A stretch of 64,000 nucleotides of DNA, taken from positions 53,665 through 117,664 of the forward strand of contig JBGSYF010000024.1 in NCBI GenBank assembly GCA_041751015.1. The letters are read 5' to 3'. Made by a program: the position numbers and the translations under genes. The notes beneath the pieces were generated by a model, which was not told where the DNA came from, did no database searches, and saw nothing but the letters and a program-made list of their open reading frames with translations. Positions 45,688 to 55,793 of the stretch are shown piece after piece (the stretch's first letter is position 1; every line of letters starts with the position of its first letter). The DNA comes from Chitinophagales bacterium. Its GTDB lineage: Bacteria > Bacteroidota > Bacteroidia > Chitinophagales > BACL12.

Positions 45688-48600
45688 ATGGATAAGCCCA
45701 CGCTGCTGGATCGCTATATCGGCGATGCACGGGTTCAGCAAGCGATAGACCACCTGCAGGACAGCCCCCCCACCCGGCTGCACCTGGAGGGATTGGTAGG
45801 CCCGGCAGCGGCGGTTCTGGCCGCAGCCCTGTACCGGCAAATCGGCGGAACGCACTGTTTTGTGCTCAACGACAAGGAGCAGGCCGCCTACTTCCTCAAT
45901 GACCTTCAGAACCTCTTAGGTCGAAAGGACATCCTCTTCATTCCCGACTCCTTCAAGCAACCCGGGCGTTTCGATGAGGTCAATGCCAACAATGTTTTGT
46001 TGCGCACCGAAGCGGTCAACCGACTGGCCAATTCGCGTACCCGGGGGGAGTTACTAGTCACCTATCCCGAAGCCCTCTTTGAGCGCATCGTCAGCCCGGC
46101 CGCCCTTCAGCACCGAACGGTGCACATCACCAAGGGCGAGAAACTGGATACGGAATTTCTGATCGACGTGTTGGTAGAGAGCGGCTTTCACCCGGTGGAC
46201 TTTGTCTATGAGCCCGGGCAGTTCAGCGTGCGCGGAGGCATCCTGGATGTGTTCAGCTTTGGCAACGAACTTCCGTACCGTGTGGAATTGTTTGGTAGCT
46301 CTGTTGAATCCATCCGCCTCTTTGAGCCGGACAGCCAACTTTCGACCCGACACATTGCCCAGGTGAGCATAGTGCCCAATATTCAGACCGAGTTTGACCA
46401 GGAGCGCAAGCAGGATTTGCTCAAGAGCCTGCCCGCCGGATCGGTGCTCTGGATTTCGGATACGCGGCATTTGCTGGAGGTGCTCGGAGCTTGTGCGGAT
46501 AAAGCAGGGGCCATGACGGAGGCACTGCGCACTGCCCGCAAGCAGAGCCGTTTGGCCGATGAACAACATCTGCTGCTGCGCTATACTTTTGAACAGTTGT
46601 TCAGCACACAGGAGGAAGTGCTGCAGGACATCAGCGAATTGCCCGTCATAGAGACGGGTTCCGAAGCGCGCCTGCCCGCCGCCTTGCGCATAGAGTGTTC
46701 CACCCAGCCCCAGCCTTCGTTCAACAAGAACTTTGACCTGCTCATTGCCGATTTGAAGCGCAACAGCAATGAAGGCCTGGACAACTATCTGTACTGCTCC
46801 AACCCGCGACAGATCGAGCGCTTTAGGCAGATCTTCGAAGACCTCAGCACCCGCAACAAAGAGAGCGAGCTTCCCGCCTACCAGCCGGTGGCCTCTGCCC
46901 TGTCTGCCGGCTTCATTGACCGTGTTGCCCGCATTGCCGTTTACACCGATCACCAGGTTTTTGAGCGATACCACAAGTACAGCATCCGAAGGGGTTATTC
47001 GCGCTCCGAAGCCCTGACGCTCAAGGCCATCCGCGATCTGAGTCCCGGTGATTTTGTCACGCATATTGACCACGGGGTCGGGGTGTATTCCGGTCTGGAG
47101 AAGATTGAGGTCAATGGACAGACGCAGGAGGCCGTTCGCCTGGTGTACAGAGACAACGATCTTCTCTACGTGCCCATCAATTCGCTGCACAAGATTGCCA
47201 AGCACGTGGGAAAGGAGGGGGATCCTCCCAAGGTCAACAAGCTGGGCACCGATGCCTGGGAGAACCTCAAGCGACGCACCCGCAACAAGGTCAAAGACAT
47301 CGCCCGGGATTTGATTCAGCTCTACGCCAAGCGCAAGGCGGCCAAGGGTTTTGCGTTCAGCCCCGACACCTATCTGCAGACCGAGCTGGAGGCTTCGTTT
47401 TTCTACGAAGACACTCCGGATCAGGAAAAGGCCACTGCGGACATCAAGCGTGACATGGAGTCGCCCAGCCCGATGGACCGGCTAATTTGCGGGGATGTGG
47501 GCTTTGGCAAGACCGAAGTGGCCATTCGCGCTGCGTTCAAGGCGGTAGCGGACAGCAAGCAGGTGGCCGTGCTGGTACCCACCACCATCCTGGCGATGCA
47601 GCACCACAAGACCTTTAGCGAGAGACTCGCCGACTTTCCCTGCCGGGTGGATTACATCAACCGCTTCAAGTCGGCCAAGGAGAAACGAGAGACCCTGGAG
47701 AAACTGGCTTCGGGTGAACTGGACATCCTCATCGGCACGCATGCCATCGTGGGCAAGCAGGTGAAGTTCAAGAACCTGGGTCTGCTGATCATCGACGAGG
47801 AACAGAAATTCGGCGTGGGCATCAAGGAGAAGCTCAAGGCGCTCAAAGCCAACATCGACACCCTGACCCTGACGGCCACTCCCATTCCCCGGACGCTGAA
47901 ATTCAGTCTGATGGGGGCGCGGGACCTGAGCGTGATCAACACCGCACCGCCCAATCGCCAGCCTATTCACACGGAACTGCGCGCCTTTGATCCGGACCTG
48001 ATTCGCGAGGCGATTCAATACGAGGTCTATCGCGGGGGTCAGGTGTTCTTTGTGCACAATCGGGTCAAGGACATCGAAGAGGTTACGGCCATGATCCGGC
48101 GGCTCTGCCCCGATATGGACATCGGGGTGGCGCATGGTCAGCTCGAAGGGCATATCCTGGAAGATCACATGCTCAAGTTCATCAATCGGCAGTACGATAT
48201 CCTGGTGTGCACCAATATTGTGGAGAGCGGCCTGGACATTCCCAATGCCAATACCATCATCATTCACCACGCGCAGAACTTTGGTCTGAGCGATTTGCAT
48301 CAACTCCGGGGAAGGGTGGGCCGAAGCAATAAGAAGGCATTTTGTTACCTCTTTGCCCCGCCCAAACACACCTTGAGCAGCGATGCGCGCAAGCGTTTGC
48401 AGACCATTGAGGAGTTCGCCGCGCTGGGCAGCGGATTTCAGATCGCCATGCGCGACATGGACATTCGCGGAGCGGGAAATCTGCTGGGTGGGGAACAGAG
48501 CGGCTTCCTGGCCGAGATCGGTTTTGAGATGTACCACAAGATTCTGGACGAGGCCATTGCCGAGCTGAAGAGCACCGACTTCAAGGACCTGTTTGCCGAT

Positions 48601-49137
48601 GAGCTGGAGCGCACACGGCGCTTCGTGACCGATTGCCAGATTGACACCGACCTGGAGATGCTCATTCCCGATGACTATGTCAATTCTGTGGCCGAGCGCC
48701 TGAGCCTCTACACTCAATTGGACAATATTCCGGATGAGTCCGGACTGGAGGCGTTCAGGCAGCAGATTCAGGATCGATTTGGGCCCCTGCCTATGCAGGT
48801 GGAGGAGCTGTTCAACGGGGTGCGCCTGCGCTGGCTGGCCGTTTCCATGGGCTTTGAGCGCATCCTCTTCAAGCAACAGGCCCTGCGTTGTTACTTTGTC
48901 GAGAATCAGGAGAGCGCCTACTACAGTTCAACCTTGTTCAGCAGCCTGATTCGCTATGTGCAGAGCCACCCGGGCAATTGCCGGCTTAAAGAAACCCGCG
49001 GGCGTTTGCAGTTGAGTTTCGAACCGGTTCGAAGCATGAAGCAGGCCTTTGGCATACTGACCGGAATGGCCGAAGCACTCGGTCTGGATACCAGCCTAAA
49101 GGCTCCGGCGTTGAGCCAGGAAGAAACGGAGTCCTGA
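45688..49137 (+). CDS. mfd: Transcription-repair coupling factor
   Basis: 1149 aa from ATG 45688 (MDKPTLLDRY...). Contains a UvrB-homology N-terminus, an RNAP-interacting domain, SF2 helicase motifs GDVGFGKTEVA, DEEQKFG, TATPIPRT and QLRGRVGRS, and a TRCF C-terminus. The track ORF start 45325 overlaps the cyclase gene and is an artefact. Confidence 0.95.
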   Translation: MDKPTLLDRYIGDARVQQAIDHLQDSPPTRLHLEGLVGPAAAVLAAALYRQIGGTHCFVLNDKEQAAYFLNDLQNLLGRKDILFIPDSFKQPGRFDEVNANNVLLRTEAVNRLANSRTRGELLVTYPEALFERIVSPAALQHRTVHITKGEKLDTEFLIDVLVESGFHPVDFVYEPGQFSVRGGILDVFSFGNELPYRVELFGSSVESIRLFEPDSQLSTRHIAQVSIVPNIQTEFDQERKQDLLKSLPAGSVLWISDTRHLLEVLGACADKAGAMTEALRTARKQSRLADEQHLLLRYTFEQLFSTQEEVLQDISELPVIETGSEARLPAALRIECSTQPQPSFNKNFDLLIADLKRNSNEGLDNYLYCSNPRQIERFRQIFEDLSTRNKESELPAYQPVASALSAGFIDRVARIAVYTDHQVFERYHKYSIRRGYSRSEALTLKAIRDLSPGDFVTHIDHGVGVYSGLEKIEVNGQTQEAVRLVYRDNDLLYVPINSLHKIAKHVGKEGDPPKVNKLGTDAWENLKRRTRNKVKDIARDLIQLYAKRKAAKGFAFSPDTYLQTELEASFFYEDTPDQEKATADIKRDMESPSPMDRLICGDVGFGKTEVAIRAAFKAVADSKQVAVLVPTTILAMQHHKTFSERLADFPCRVDYINRFKSAKEKRETLEKLASGELDILIGTHAIVGKQVKFKNLGLLIIDEEQKFGVGIKEKLKALKANIDTLTLTATPIPRTLKFSLMGARDLSVINTAPPNRQPIHTELRAFDPDLIREAIQYEVYRGGQVFFVHNRVKDIEEVTAMIRRLCPDMDIGVAHGQLEGHILEDHMLKFINRQYDILVCTNIVESGLDIPNANTIIIHHAQNFGLSDLHQLRGRVGRSNKKAFCYLFAPPKHTLSSDARKRLQTIEEFAALGSGFQIAMRDMDIRGAGNLLGGEQSGFLAEIGFEMYHKILDEAIAELKSTDFKDLFADELERTRRFVTDCQIDTDLEMLIPDDYVNSVAERLSLYTQLDNIPDESGLEAFRQQIQDRFGPLPMQVEELFNGVRLRWLAVSMGFERILFKQQALRCYFVENQESAYYSSTLFSSLIRYVQSHPGNCRLKETRGRLQLSFEPVRSMKQAFGILTGMAEALGLDTSLKAPALSQEETES

Positions 49138-49192
49138 ATCCCTTAAGCCGGGCAGCTTAAAAATGATTACACCCAAGACACTCAAGTAAAAA

Positions 49193-49690
49193 ATGAATAT
49201 TTATAAATTATCCCTGTTCTTGGGTGTTTTCGCGTTGTGCTCCTGTCAGCAGCCCGATCAAACACTGGTCTACCTGGTTCGCCATGCCGAGAAGGATCTG
49301 AGCGACAGCACCGATAATCCACCATTGACCGCAGAGGGTCTGGAGCGGGCTTCCCGCCTGCGGGAATTGCTCGGGGATCAGGAACTGGACGAAATCTGGT
49401 CAACACCCTTTCAGCGCAATGTCCATACCGTTCAGGCTCTGGCCGCCGAACAGGGTGTGAACATCGCCACCTATGAGTGGCACAACTGGGAGCCCCTGGC
49501 CGACAGCGTGAAATCCCATGCGGGCAATCGCCGCATCCTCATCTGCGGGCATGGCGACAACCTCTTGCCCATGTTGGAGTACCTGGGGGGCGTGCTGCCT
49601 TTTGAGGCCTATGGCGATCAGGAATACGACAAGATCATCGAGCTCACCTTGTCGGGCAAGAACGTCTGGCAGAAGGTGCTGGTTTACTGA
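49193..49690 (+). CDS. Histidine phosphatase (SixA/PGAM-like) family lipoprotein
   Basis: Lipobox VFALCSC, catalytic LVRHAEK (RHG-type) motif, second His in CGHGDN. Confidence 0.75.
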   Translation: MNIYKLSLFLGVFALCSCQQPDQTLVYLVRHAEKDLSDSTDNPPLTAEGLERASRLRELLGDQELDEIWSTPFQRNVHTVQALAAEQGVNIATYEWHNWEPLADSVKSHAGNRRILICGHGDNLLPMLEYLGGVLPFEAYGDQEYDKIIELTLSGKNVWQKVLVY

Positions 49691-49745
49691 GCGTCCTTCG
49701 CTCATGACCGGATTCGGGCAATATGCCTTCGGCAACTTGTTGAAG

Positions 49746-49807
49746 GCGGCCTGATTTAGGCGACCTGATTAAGACAGCCTGATTCATGCGGCCTGATTCA
49801 TGCGGCC
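49746..49807. repeat. About 4.4 tandem copies of a 14-bp unit (consensus GCGGCCTGATTCAT), 117 nt upstream of a TonB-dependent receptor gene
   Basis: gcggcctgatttag gcgacctgattaag acagcctgattcat gcggcctgattcat gcggcc. The core CCTGATT is invariant in the four full units. Confidence 0.75.
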
Positions 49808-49923
49808 CGGAGGCGTGCTTAGCCGGTAAAACAAGCTTTTTGACCCCCAAATCACCACGCAAAACAAAAATTTGCCAAAAAAGTTTTTTAAACGAGTCTA
49901 AATTTATTTCTTTGCTGTAGTAA

Positions 49924-52275
49924 ATGTCACGGACGGGTTTCCATAAATCTTTTGTTCTCGCGCTTACGGTGCTGCTCGGGATCTGTCCTGCGTTGCCCGC
50001 CGGGGCGCAAAACGGCACCACGCTCTATGGGCAGGTGCTATCAGAGAGCGGAGAAGCCCTTCCCTATGCCCATATTCAGCTCATCAGCGCAGCTCCAGGC
50101 AGCAACCCCGGAGGCGGTATCGCGGACAGCTCCGGCTATTTCAAGCTGAAGGTCCCGCCACAGGGCAGCATCGCCCTTCGACTCAGCGCTGTGGGCTATG
50201 AACCGCTCAAGACCCAGATTCAACTACCCGCGGCGGCGGACACTCTGAGCTTTGCGCTCAAGCCTATTGCGGCCTTGCAGACCCTGGTGGTCAGCGCCAG
50301 CCTGCGGGAGCGCTACCTGAGCGCCAGTCCGGTGCGAATTGACGTCTTGCCCGCCGCTGCTATCCAGACCTATCTGCCCGGAGCTTCGTCCACGCTGATG
50401 GAGAGCATCTCTCTGGTCAGCGGGCTTGAAGAGGTGCAGGCCTGTGGGGTTTGCATGACCAACAGCATCAGCATCAACGGCCTGCCCGGGGCTTATACCG
50501 CGGTGATGATCGATGGCATGCCGTTGTTTGGAGCACTGGCTTCCACCTATGGGCTCAACGGCATTCCCGTTCAGATCATCGAGCGGGTGGAGATCATCAA
50601 GGGTCCGGGCAGCACGCTTTTTGGGTCAGAGGCGGTCGGTGGAGTCATCAATGTCATCACCAAAGATCCGGCAGCTCAACCCGCGCTCAGCCTGGATATG
50701 ATGGGCACTCAGCACGCGGAGTTCTATGGAAACCTGGCCTTTGCCCATCGCATCGGCAAGAGCAGGGGTTTCAGCGCCCTGAGCAGTGCCTATTCCGACC
50801 ACTTTGAGGATCGAAACTCGGATGGGTTCAGCGATGTGGTGCACCTTGATCGATACACGCTCTTTCAAAAATGGGATCTGTTCAGACCCAGCGCCCGGCG
50901 TTGGACCCTGGCAGGAAGGCTGTACTACGAAGACCGCCGCAACGGGGTAGAAGCCTTTCTCAAGGACAGGGCTTATCGGCAGTTGCGGGGCTCCGATCAG
51001 ATCTATGGTGAGAGCATCTCCACCTTTCGCGCCGAAGTGTTCGGCAACTACGAGCTCAATACGCAGACCCCCCTGAGTCTGGACTACGGCTGGAGCAGCC
51101 ATGCGCAGCAATCCTGGTATGGCGATGTGTTTTACCGCGCTCAACAGCGCAATGGCCTGATCAACGGGCGCTGGGAGCAGAGTTATGGGCAGCATCGCTT
51201 GCTGGGAGGCATCGCTCTGCGCTATCAGTACTACGATGACAACACCTCCGCTACACAGCACGAGCACCCCGCCGACTCGCTCAGGGTGCTCAATCAGCCG
51301 GATCAGGGCTGGATTCCCGGAGTCTTTGTTCAGGACGAATGGGAGCCGCACCGCAACTGGACCCTGCTGGGCGGCCTGAGACTGGATCACTGGGCCCGGC
51401 ACGGACTGATTCCCTCGCCCAGGTTGAGCATCAAATGGCAGCCTCATCCCATGAGCGCCTTTCGCCTCAACAGCGGAACGGGATTTCGGGTGGTCAACCT
51501 CTTTGCCGAAGAGCACGCCTTTGTGAGCGGTCAGCGCCAGGTCATCATCGCCGAAGACCTGAGCCCGGAGCGCTCCTGGAACATCAGCCTGAGCGCTAGC
51601 CGTCAGTTGTTCCTCTTTGGCGGCAACGGCTCTTTTGAGGCAGATATTTATTATACGAACTTTTCAAATCAAATTCTGGCCGATTATTCGCAAGTCGGGT
51701 TCATACGATACAGCAACGCCAGCGGATGGTCGCGCAGCACGGGGCTTTCAGCGTTGCTGCAACAGCGATTTGCCTTTCCGCTGGCTCTGCAGATCAGCGG
51801 GAATGTGCAGCGGGTTCAGCTTCGCGAGCAGGACGAATCGGGGCAGTGGTCCCTTCGGGATATGGAACATGCCGCCCGCTGGACCGCTCTGTTCAGCGCG
51901 GATTACACCTGGCGAAAGGCCGACCTGAGCATAGCCTACATGCTGCGGGGCATCGGACCGATGGCCCTTCCGGCCGTCTTTGATCTGGATGCCGAGGGAC
52001 AGCCCCTCGCCCATCCCAGACCCTTGAAAAGCCAAGCCTATGTCATTCACCAGATACAACTCATCAAACGCTTTGGGGAAAGCTGGAGCGTATACGGCGG
52101 CGTGCAGAATCTGGGCAACTACCAGCAAGAGGGCAGCCCATTGGCAGGCCTGAACGACCCCGCAGCCGCAGCGGGTTTCAGCGAATGGTTTGACACCAAT
52201 TACGTGTACGCACCCATGCACAGCCGGGAGGCCTATCTCGGTGTACGATATACGCTAAGCCGCAAGTCGGAGTAG
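49924..52275 (+). CDS. TonB-dependent receptor with N-terminal carboxypeptidase-regulatory-like domain
   Basis: Signal peptide, LYGQVLSESGEALPYAHIQL (CarbopepD_reg-like), plug domain (RVEIIKGPGSTLFGSEAVGGVINVITK), long beta-barrel, C-terminal ...AYLGVRYTL. Confidence 0.85.
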   Translation: MSRTGFHKSFVLALTVLLGICPALPAGAQNGTTLYGQVLSESGEALPYAHIQLISAAPGSNPGGGIADSSGYFKLKVPPQGSIALRLSAVGYEPLKTQIQLPAAADTLSFALKPIAALQTLVVSASLRERYLSASPVRIDVLPAAAIQTYLPGASSTLMESISLVSGLEEVQACGVCMTNSISINGLPGAYTAVMIDGMPLFGALASTYGLNGIPVQIIERVEIIKGPGSTLFGSEAVGGVINVITKDPAAQPALSLDMMGTQHAEFYGNLAFAHRIGKSRGFSALSSAYSDHFEDRNSDGFSDVVHLDRYTLFQKWDLFRPSARRWTLAGRLYYEDRRNGVEAFLKDRAYRQLRGSDQIYGESISTFRAEVFGNYELNTQTPLSLDYGWSSHAQQSWYGDVFYRAQQRNGLINGRWEQSYGQHRLLGGIALRYQYYDDNTSATQHEHPADSLRVLNQPDQGWIPGVFVQDEWEPHRNWTLLGGLRLDHWARHGLIPSPRLSIKWQPHPMSAFRLNSGTGFRVVNLFAEEHAFVSGQRQVIIAEDLSPERSWNISLSASRQLFLFGGNGSFEADIYYTNFSNQILADYSQVGFIRYSNASGWSRSTGLSALLQQRFAFPLALQISGNVQRVQLREQDESGQWSLRDMEHAARWTALFSADYTWRKADLSIAYMLRGIGPMALPAVFDLDAEGQPLAHPRPLKSQAYVIHQIQLIKRFGESWSVYGGVQNLGNYQQEGSPLAGLNDPAAAAGFSEWFDTNYVYAPMHSREAYLGVRYTLSRKSE

Positions 52276-52374
52276 TTTATGCGGGCGCCCAGGACCCATA
52301 GGCGCGGCATTCGGTGCAAGCATTGCCTTTAGACGCATCATTGTCGTACCTTAGTTGATCCAAAACAACAGGTC

Positions 52375-53313
52375 ATGAAACGACTGATATATCTATTGCT
52401 TTTGCTCACAATGCCCCTGTTTATGCAGGCGCAATTGATGGATCGCATCATGCGCAAGACTCAGGAGAAGGTGGAAGACCGCGCCGCTGAACGGATTTCG
52501 GATGAGGCCGACAAGAGCGCGGAGAAAGCTTTGGACGAGATGTTCCGGGAAAAGGAAACGGAGCAGAGCTCTTCCACAGAAGCCGCCCCCCAGCGACAGG
52601 ATCAGGTGCACAGCGGTGCAGCTATGGACACCGGAGCACTGAACAGCATGCTGCGCAGCCTCACGGGCTCAATGGACAAGACGGGCGAAGTTCCCGAGAG
52701 CTATGAGTTTGACCTGGTGCTGGACATGCTCATAGAGAGCGATGGGGAGAAACCCCAGACCATGAGCATGATGTACAACAAGGAAGGCAAGTTTTTTGGG
52801 GTGCGCACGGTGGACAACAAAGGAGGCAGCAACACCGTGGTCATGGATCAGGAAAACAACCTCAATTGCATGTTCATGGAGGACAAAAAGGGCAAGAAAA
52901 CCGGAATGGCCATGCCCAACATGATGTCCGCCTTTGGCCAATACGCCAGCACCCAGGTTGCCGAAGAAGTGGAAAGCGATCAGGTCAGTTTCAGGAAAAC
53001 GGGTAAGACCAAGACCGTAGCCGGCTACCGTTGTGATGAATACGAAGCCGAAAGTAGCGAATCATCTGCCTTGATCTATGTGAGCAAAGAATTGGATGTG
53101 GACTATCGAAACATGATGCAGGGTATGTTCGGAGAACAATTCAATATGTCGCTGCCGGACGTTCAGGGAGACATCCAAGGGGCCTTCCTCGAAACCATTT
53201 CGACCGAGAAAAAGAATGGAAAGGTGTCTAAGATGACCACAACCGCGGTGCACAAACAAGGTGCGAGCCTGCGCAAAGCGGACTACGAGTTCAGCAGCAT
53301 GGGCGGAAAATAA
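52375..53313 (+). CDS. Secreted hypothetical protein (possibly DUF4412-like)
   Basis: Signal peptide MKRLIYLLLLLTMPLFMQAQ, acidic linker, and C-terminal half with KTGKTKTVAGYRCDEYEAES...ALIYVSKEL resembling DUF4412 proteins as I recall them. Function unknown. Confidence 0.5.
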   Translation: MKRLIYLLLLLTMPLFMQAQLMDRIMRKTQEKVEDRAAERISDEADKSAEKALDEMFREKETEQSSSTEAAPQRQDQVHSGAAMDTGALNSMLRSLTGSMDKTGEVPESYEFDLVLDMLIESDGEKPQTMSMMYNKEGKFFGVRTVDNKGGSNTVVMDQENNLNCMFMEDKKGKKTGMAMPNMMSAFGQYASTQVAEEVESDQVSFRKTGKTKTVAGYRCDEYEAESSESSALIYVSKELDVDYRNMMQGMFGEQFNMSLPDVQGDIQGAFLETISTEKKNGKVSKMTTTAVHKQGASLRKADYEFSSMGGK

Positions 53314-53344
53314 AGCCGATAGCTAGCCTGCGTTCCAAACTACT

Positions 53345-53965
53345 ATGGCAAGAATCTTTATCGCCGAGGACAAGATGATCACCCGCCTGGGCCTCAGCAG
53401 CCTTTTGGAGGGCGAGGAGGGCTTGGAGATTGTCGGTACGGCGGTCAACGGAAAGGAATTGCTGGAGAAGATCCGGGATATCGAACTGGATTTGATCCTC
53501 ATGGACATTGAAATGCCGGTGATGAACGGCATACAGGTGACCCGCATTCTCAAGGACCAACGGCCTTCCCTGAAGATCATCATGGTCACCGACTATGACG
53601 AAGGGCCACTGGTGCGTCAGGCCAGGCAGGCGGGCGCGGACGGCTATCTGCTCAAGAATCTGGACAAGGCAAGAATCATGCAAGCGCTCAAGCGCGTGTT
53701 GTCGGGTGGAGCGTTCTATCAAACCGAAGAGGAGAACGGAGCGTCCTCTGTGCGTAAAAACGCCCTGAACCGCCCGGAGGTTTCTGAGCGCGAAAAGGAG
53801 GTGATTGTCAAGCTGGCCGAGGGCCTCAACAGCCAGGAGATCGCTGAACAATTGTTCATCTCTAAGAACACCGTGGACACGCATCGCAAGAATCTCCTGC
53901 ACAAGACCGGCACCAAGAATGTGGCTGAATTGATCGGCTGGGCCGCGCGTTACGGGCTGATCTGA
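53345..53965 (+). CDS. NarL/FixJ (LuxR-type) response regulator
   Basis: Receiver domain (IFIAEDK...DLILMDIEMPVMNG, conserved Lys region) and C-terminal LuxR HTH (REKEVIVKLAEGLNSQEIAEQLFISKNTVDTHRKNL). Confidence 0.9.
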   Translation: MARIFIAEDKMITRLGLSSLLEGEEGLEIVGTAVNGKELLEKIRDIELDLILMDIEMPVMNGIQVTRILKDQRPSLKIIMVTDYDEGPLVRQARQAGADGYLLKNLDKARIMQALKRVLSGGAFYQTEEENGASSVRKNALNRPEVSEREKEVIVKLAEGLNSQEIAEQLFISKNTVDTHRKNLLHKTGTKNVAELIGWAARYGLI

Positions 53966-53975
53966 GCAAGGCCCT

Positions 53976-55793
53976 TCATTCACCGGCCATAGCCTCAATG
54001 GATTTGGGCAGCCAGATGCGCAGCCCCTCATCGAGCAATTGCAGCGGCTCTTCGCGCGAAGCGTTGAAGATGGCCAGGCGGGTTCGCAGGCTGGCCAGCG
54101 TGGTGCTGTTCCAATCCGGGGCCTGCAATCTTTCGTCAATGGGCTCCACGCTCAGGACAAGCTCCCTTGCGTCCTCGCTGTCGGCGATTTGCACGCGCAG
54201 GGTCTGGGCGCTTTCGTAAATCCCTTCGACCAGTTCCAGTATGACGCGGTAGAACAACATGGCGGCGGTTTCGCTCAGGCTCTCTAAACTTCCGGGCGAA
54301 GGCCGAAAGACCACGTGGCGGCCTTTCTTGCGCAGTCGGAGTTGATACTCGCGCAGCGCTTCGGGCAGACCGACCTGATTGAGGCTGACCGACAGCAAGC
54401 GGTGCGAAAGGGTTCGGTTGAGGTCGCAAACCTCATCGACCTTTTGAATGATCTGCTCCAGTGATCTGGAGCGCTCAGCTTCCCGTTCCCGCCAGGCCAT
54501 GGTGCTGAGGTTCATCTTGATGGCGGCAAATCGCGAGCCGGCCTCATCGTGCAGATCGGCCCCGATGCGCTCCCTCTCCAGCTCCTCCTGCAGAACCAGA
54601 CTGCGCAGAAGCCTGATCTTTTCCCATTCCAGATCGCGGCGGGCGCGCGCCTGATCTTCCACCACCCGCCGCACCCGCTGCAGGATCAGGGCGGAGATGA
54701 CCATGTGCAGGATCAGAATGCCCATCCATATCCAGAGATTCAAGCCGGGTAGGTCGGGATACAGAGCCCAGGCCGCCCCGATGCCGGCAATCACCGCGGA
54801 CATCAGCACAATAAAGGCCACCAGAAAGCCCAGCGCTTCGGCTTTGCCGGTGCGCCGGAAATACAGCAGGGGAATGCCGATGACCACGGCGGCCCCAAAG
54901 AGGAACAGCGCTTCATTGAGCCGCTGATAGAGCTTCAATGCGCCGGAAGGCAGATGAGGTACACTCAGCGCAAGGGCGGCAAAGATGCCCAGCAGGATCA
55001 TAGCCAGATAGATGATGCGATCGGTCTTTCTCAGCAGTGTGCCCGTCTGAAAGAAGCGCTGAAGAAAGCGAAGGCCTCCCAGGAAAGTAGCGTTGAGCAG
55101 CAAGGGCTTGATCAGGCTTTGCCAATGGGGTTGGTTGGGCCACAGATACTGGTAACCCAAACCGAGCAGGGAGGCCACGAGCAACAAGCCTATACTGAAG
55201 TAGAAGACATAGGAATATCGGATATTGGCGCGAATGGCGGCCAGAATGATGAATCCAAAGACCAGGGTGAAGATGGCCGCCGAGAAGTAAGCGGCTACCC
55301 CTGCATTGCGCCGGTTGTTCATCAGCAACCACTCCTCTTCGCTGTACAGATGCAAGCTTGCCCTTTCGCGCAAACCTTTAGAGCCGCAACTCAGCATCAA
55401 CTGGGCCTGCTCTCCCGCCTGCAATTCCAGGGGAAAGGCGAAGTAGCGATTGTTGAGGGGCCGTTCGCGGAAAGGCTTTGCCGCTCCGACCTCATAACGG
55501 GCCCGCCTGCCCGAAGAGCCCACCCACTCCAAACTCAGCGATTGCACAAAGGGGCTGCGCAATTCGGCGATGACGCGGACCGGGCGGTTGCCACCATAGC
55601 GCAGCAGGCAGGTCCAGGACAGGGAGTCCCCGCCCTGCAGGTGAAAGCTGGCCAGGCGTATGGCCCTGAAATCCTGCGCCAGTTGCACTGATTCGGTCAA
55701 CTGCACCGCCTTAGCCTGAACAACGGGAGAGCAGAGCAGAAGCCCTACAAAACATACCATTTGAAATGTTTTGTACCTTCCCCTGCTCATCAT
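53976..55793 (-). CDS. 7TMR-DISM sensor with HisKA_3 H-box but degenerate ATP-binding domain (HK-A)
   Basis: Signal peptide, extracellular DISMED2-like domain, 7 TM helices, H-box RIGADLHDEAGS. The C-terminal region lacks N/G1/G2 boxes. The start ATG overlaps the stop of the upstream kinase gene (TAATG). Confidence 0.8.
   Translation of the reverse strand: MMSRGRYKTFQMVCFVGLLLCSPVVQAKAVQLTESVQLAQDFRAIRLASFHLQGGDSLSWTCLLRYGGNRPVRVIAELRSPFVQSLSLEWVGSSGRRARYEVGAAKPFRERPLNNRYFAFPLELQAGEQAQLMLSCGSKGLRERASLHLYSEEEWLLMNNRRNAGVAAYFSAAIFTLVFGFIILAAIRANIRYSYVFYFSIGLLLVASLLGLGYQYLWPNQPHWQSLIKPLLLNATFLGGLRFLQRFFQTGTLLRKTDRIIYLAMILLGIFAALALSVPHLPSGALKLYQRLNEALFLFGAAVVIGIPLLYFRRTGKAEALGFLVAFIVLMSAVIAGIGAAWALYPDLPGLNLWIWMGILILHMVISALILQRVRRVVEDQARARRDLEWEKIRLLRSLVLQEELERERIGADLHDEAGSRFAAIKMNLSTMAWREREAERSRSLEQIIQKVDEVCDLNRTLSHRLLSVSLNQVGLPEALREYQLRLRKKGRHVVFRPSPGSLESLSETAAMLFYRVILELVEGIYESAQTLRVQIADSEDARELVLSVEPIDERLQAPDWNSTTLASLRTRLAIFNASREEPLQLLDEGLRIWLPKSIEAMAGE

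Noticed and set aside
43760-48876. Long minus-strand ORFs (43760-45004, 46054-47205, 47482-48876)
   Set aside because: They are antisense to the TPR-cyclase and mfd genes, which carry complete catalytic motif sets. Shadow ORFs.
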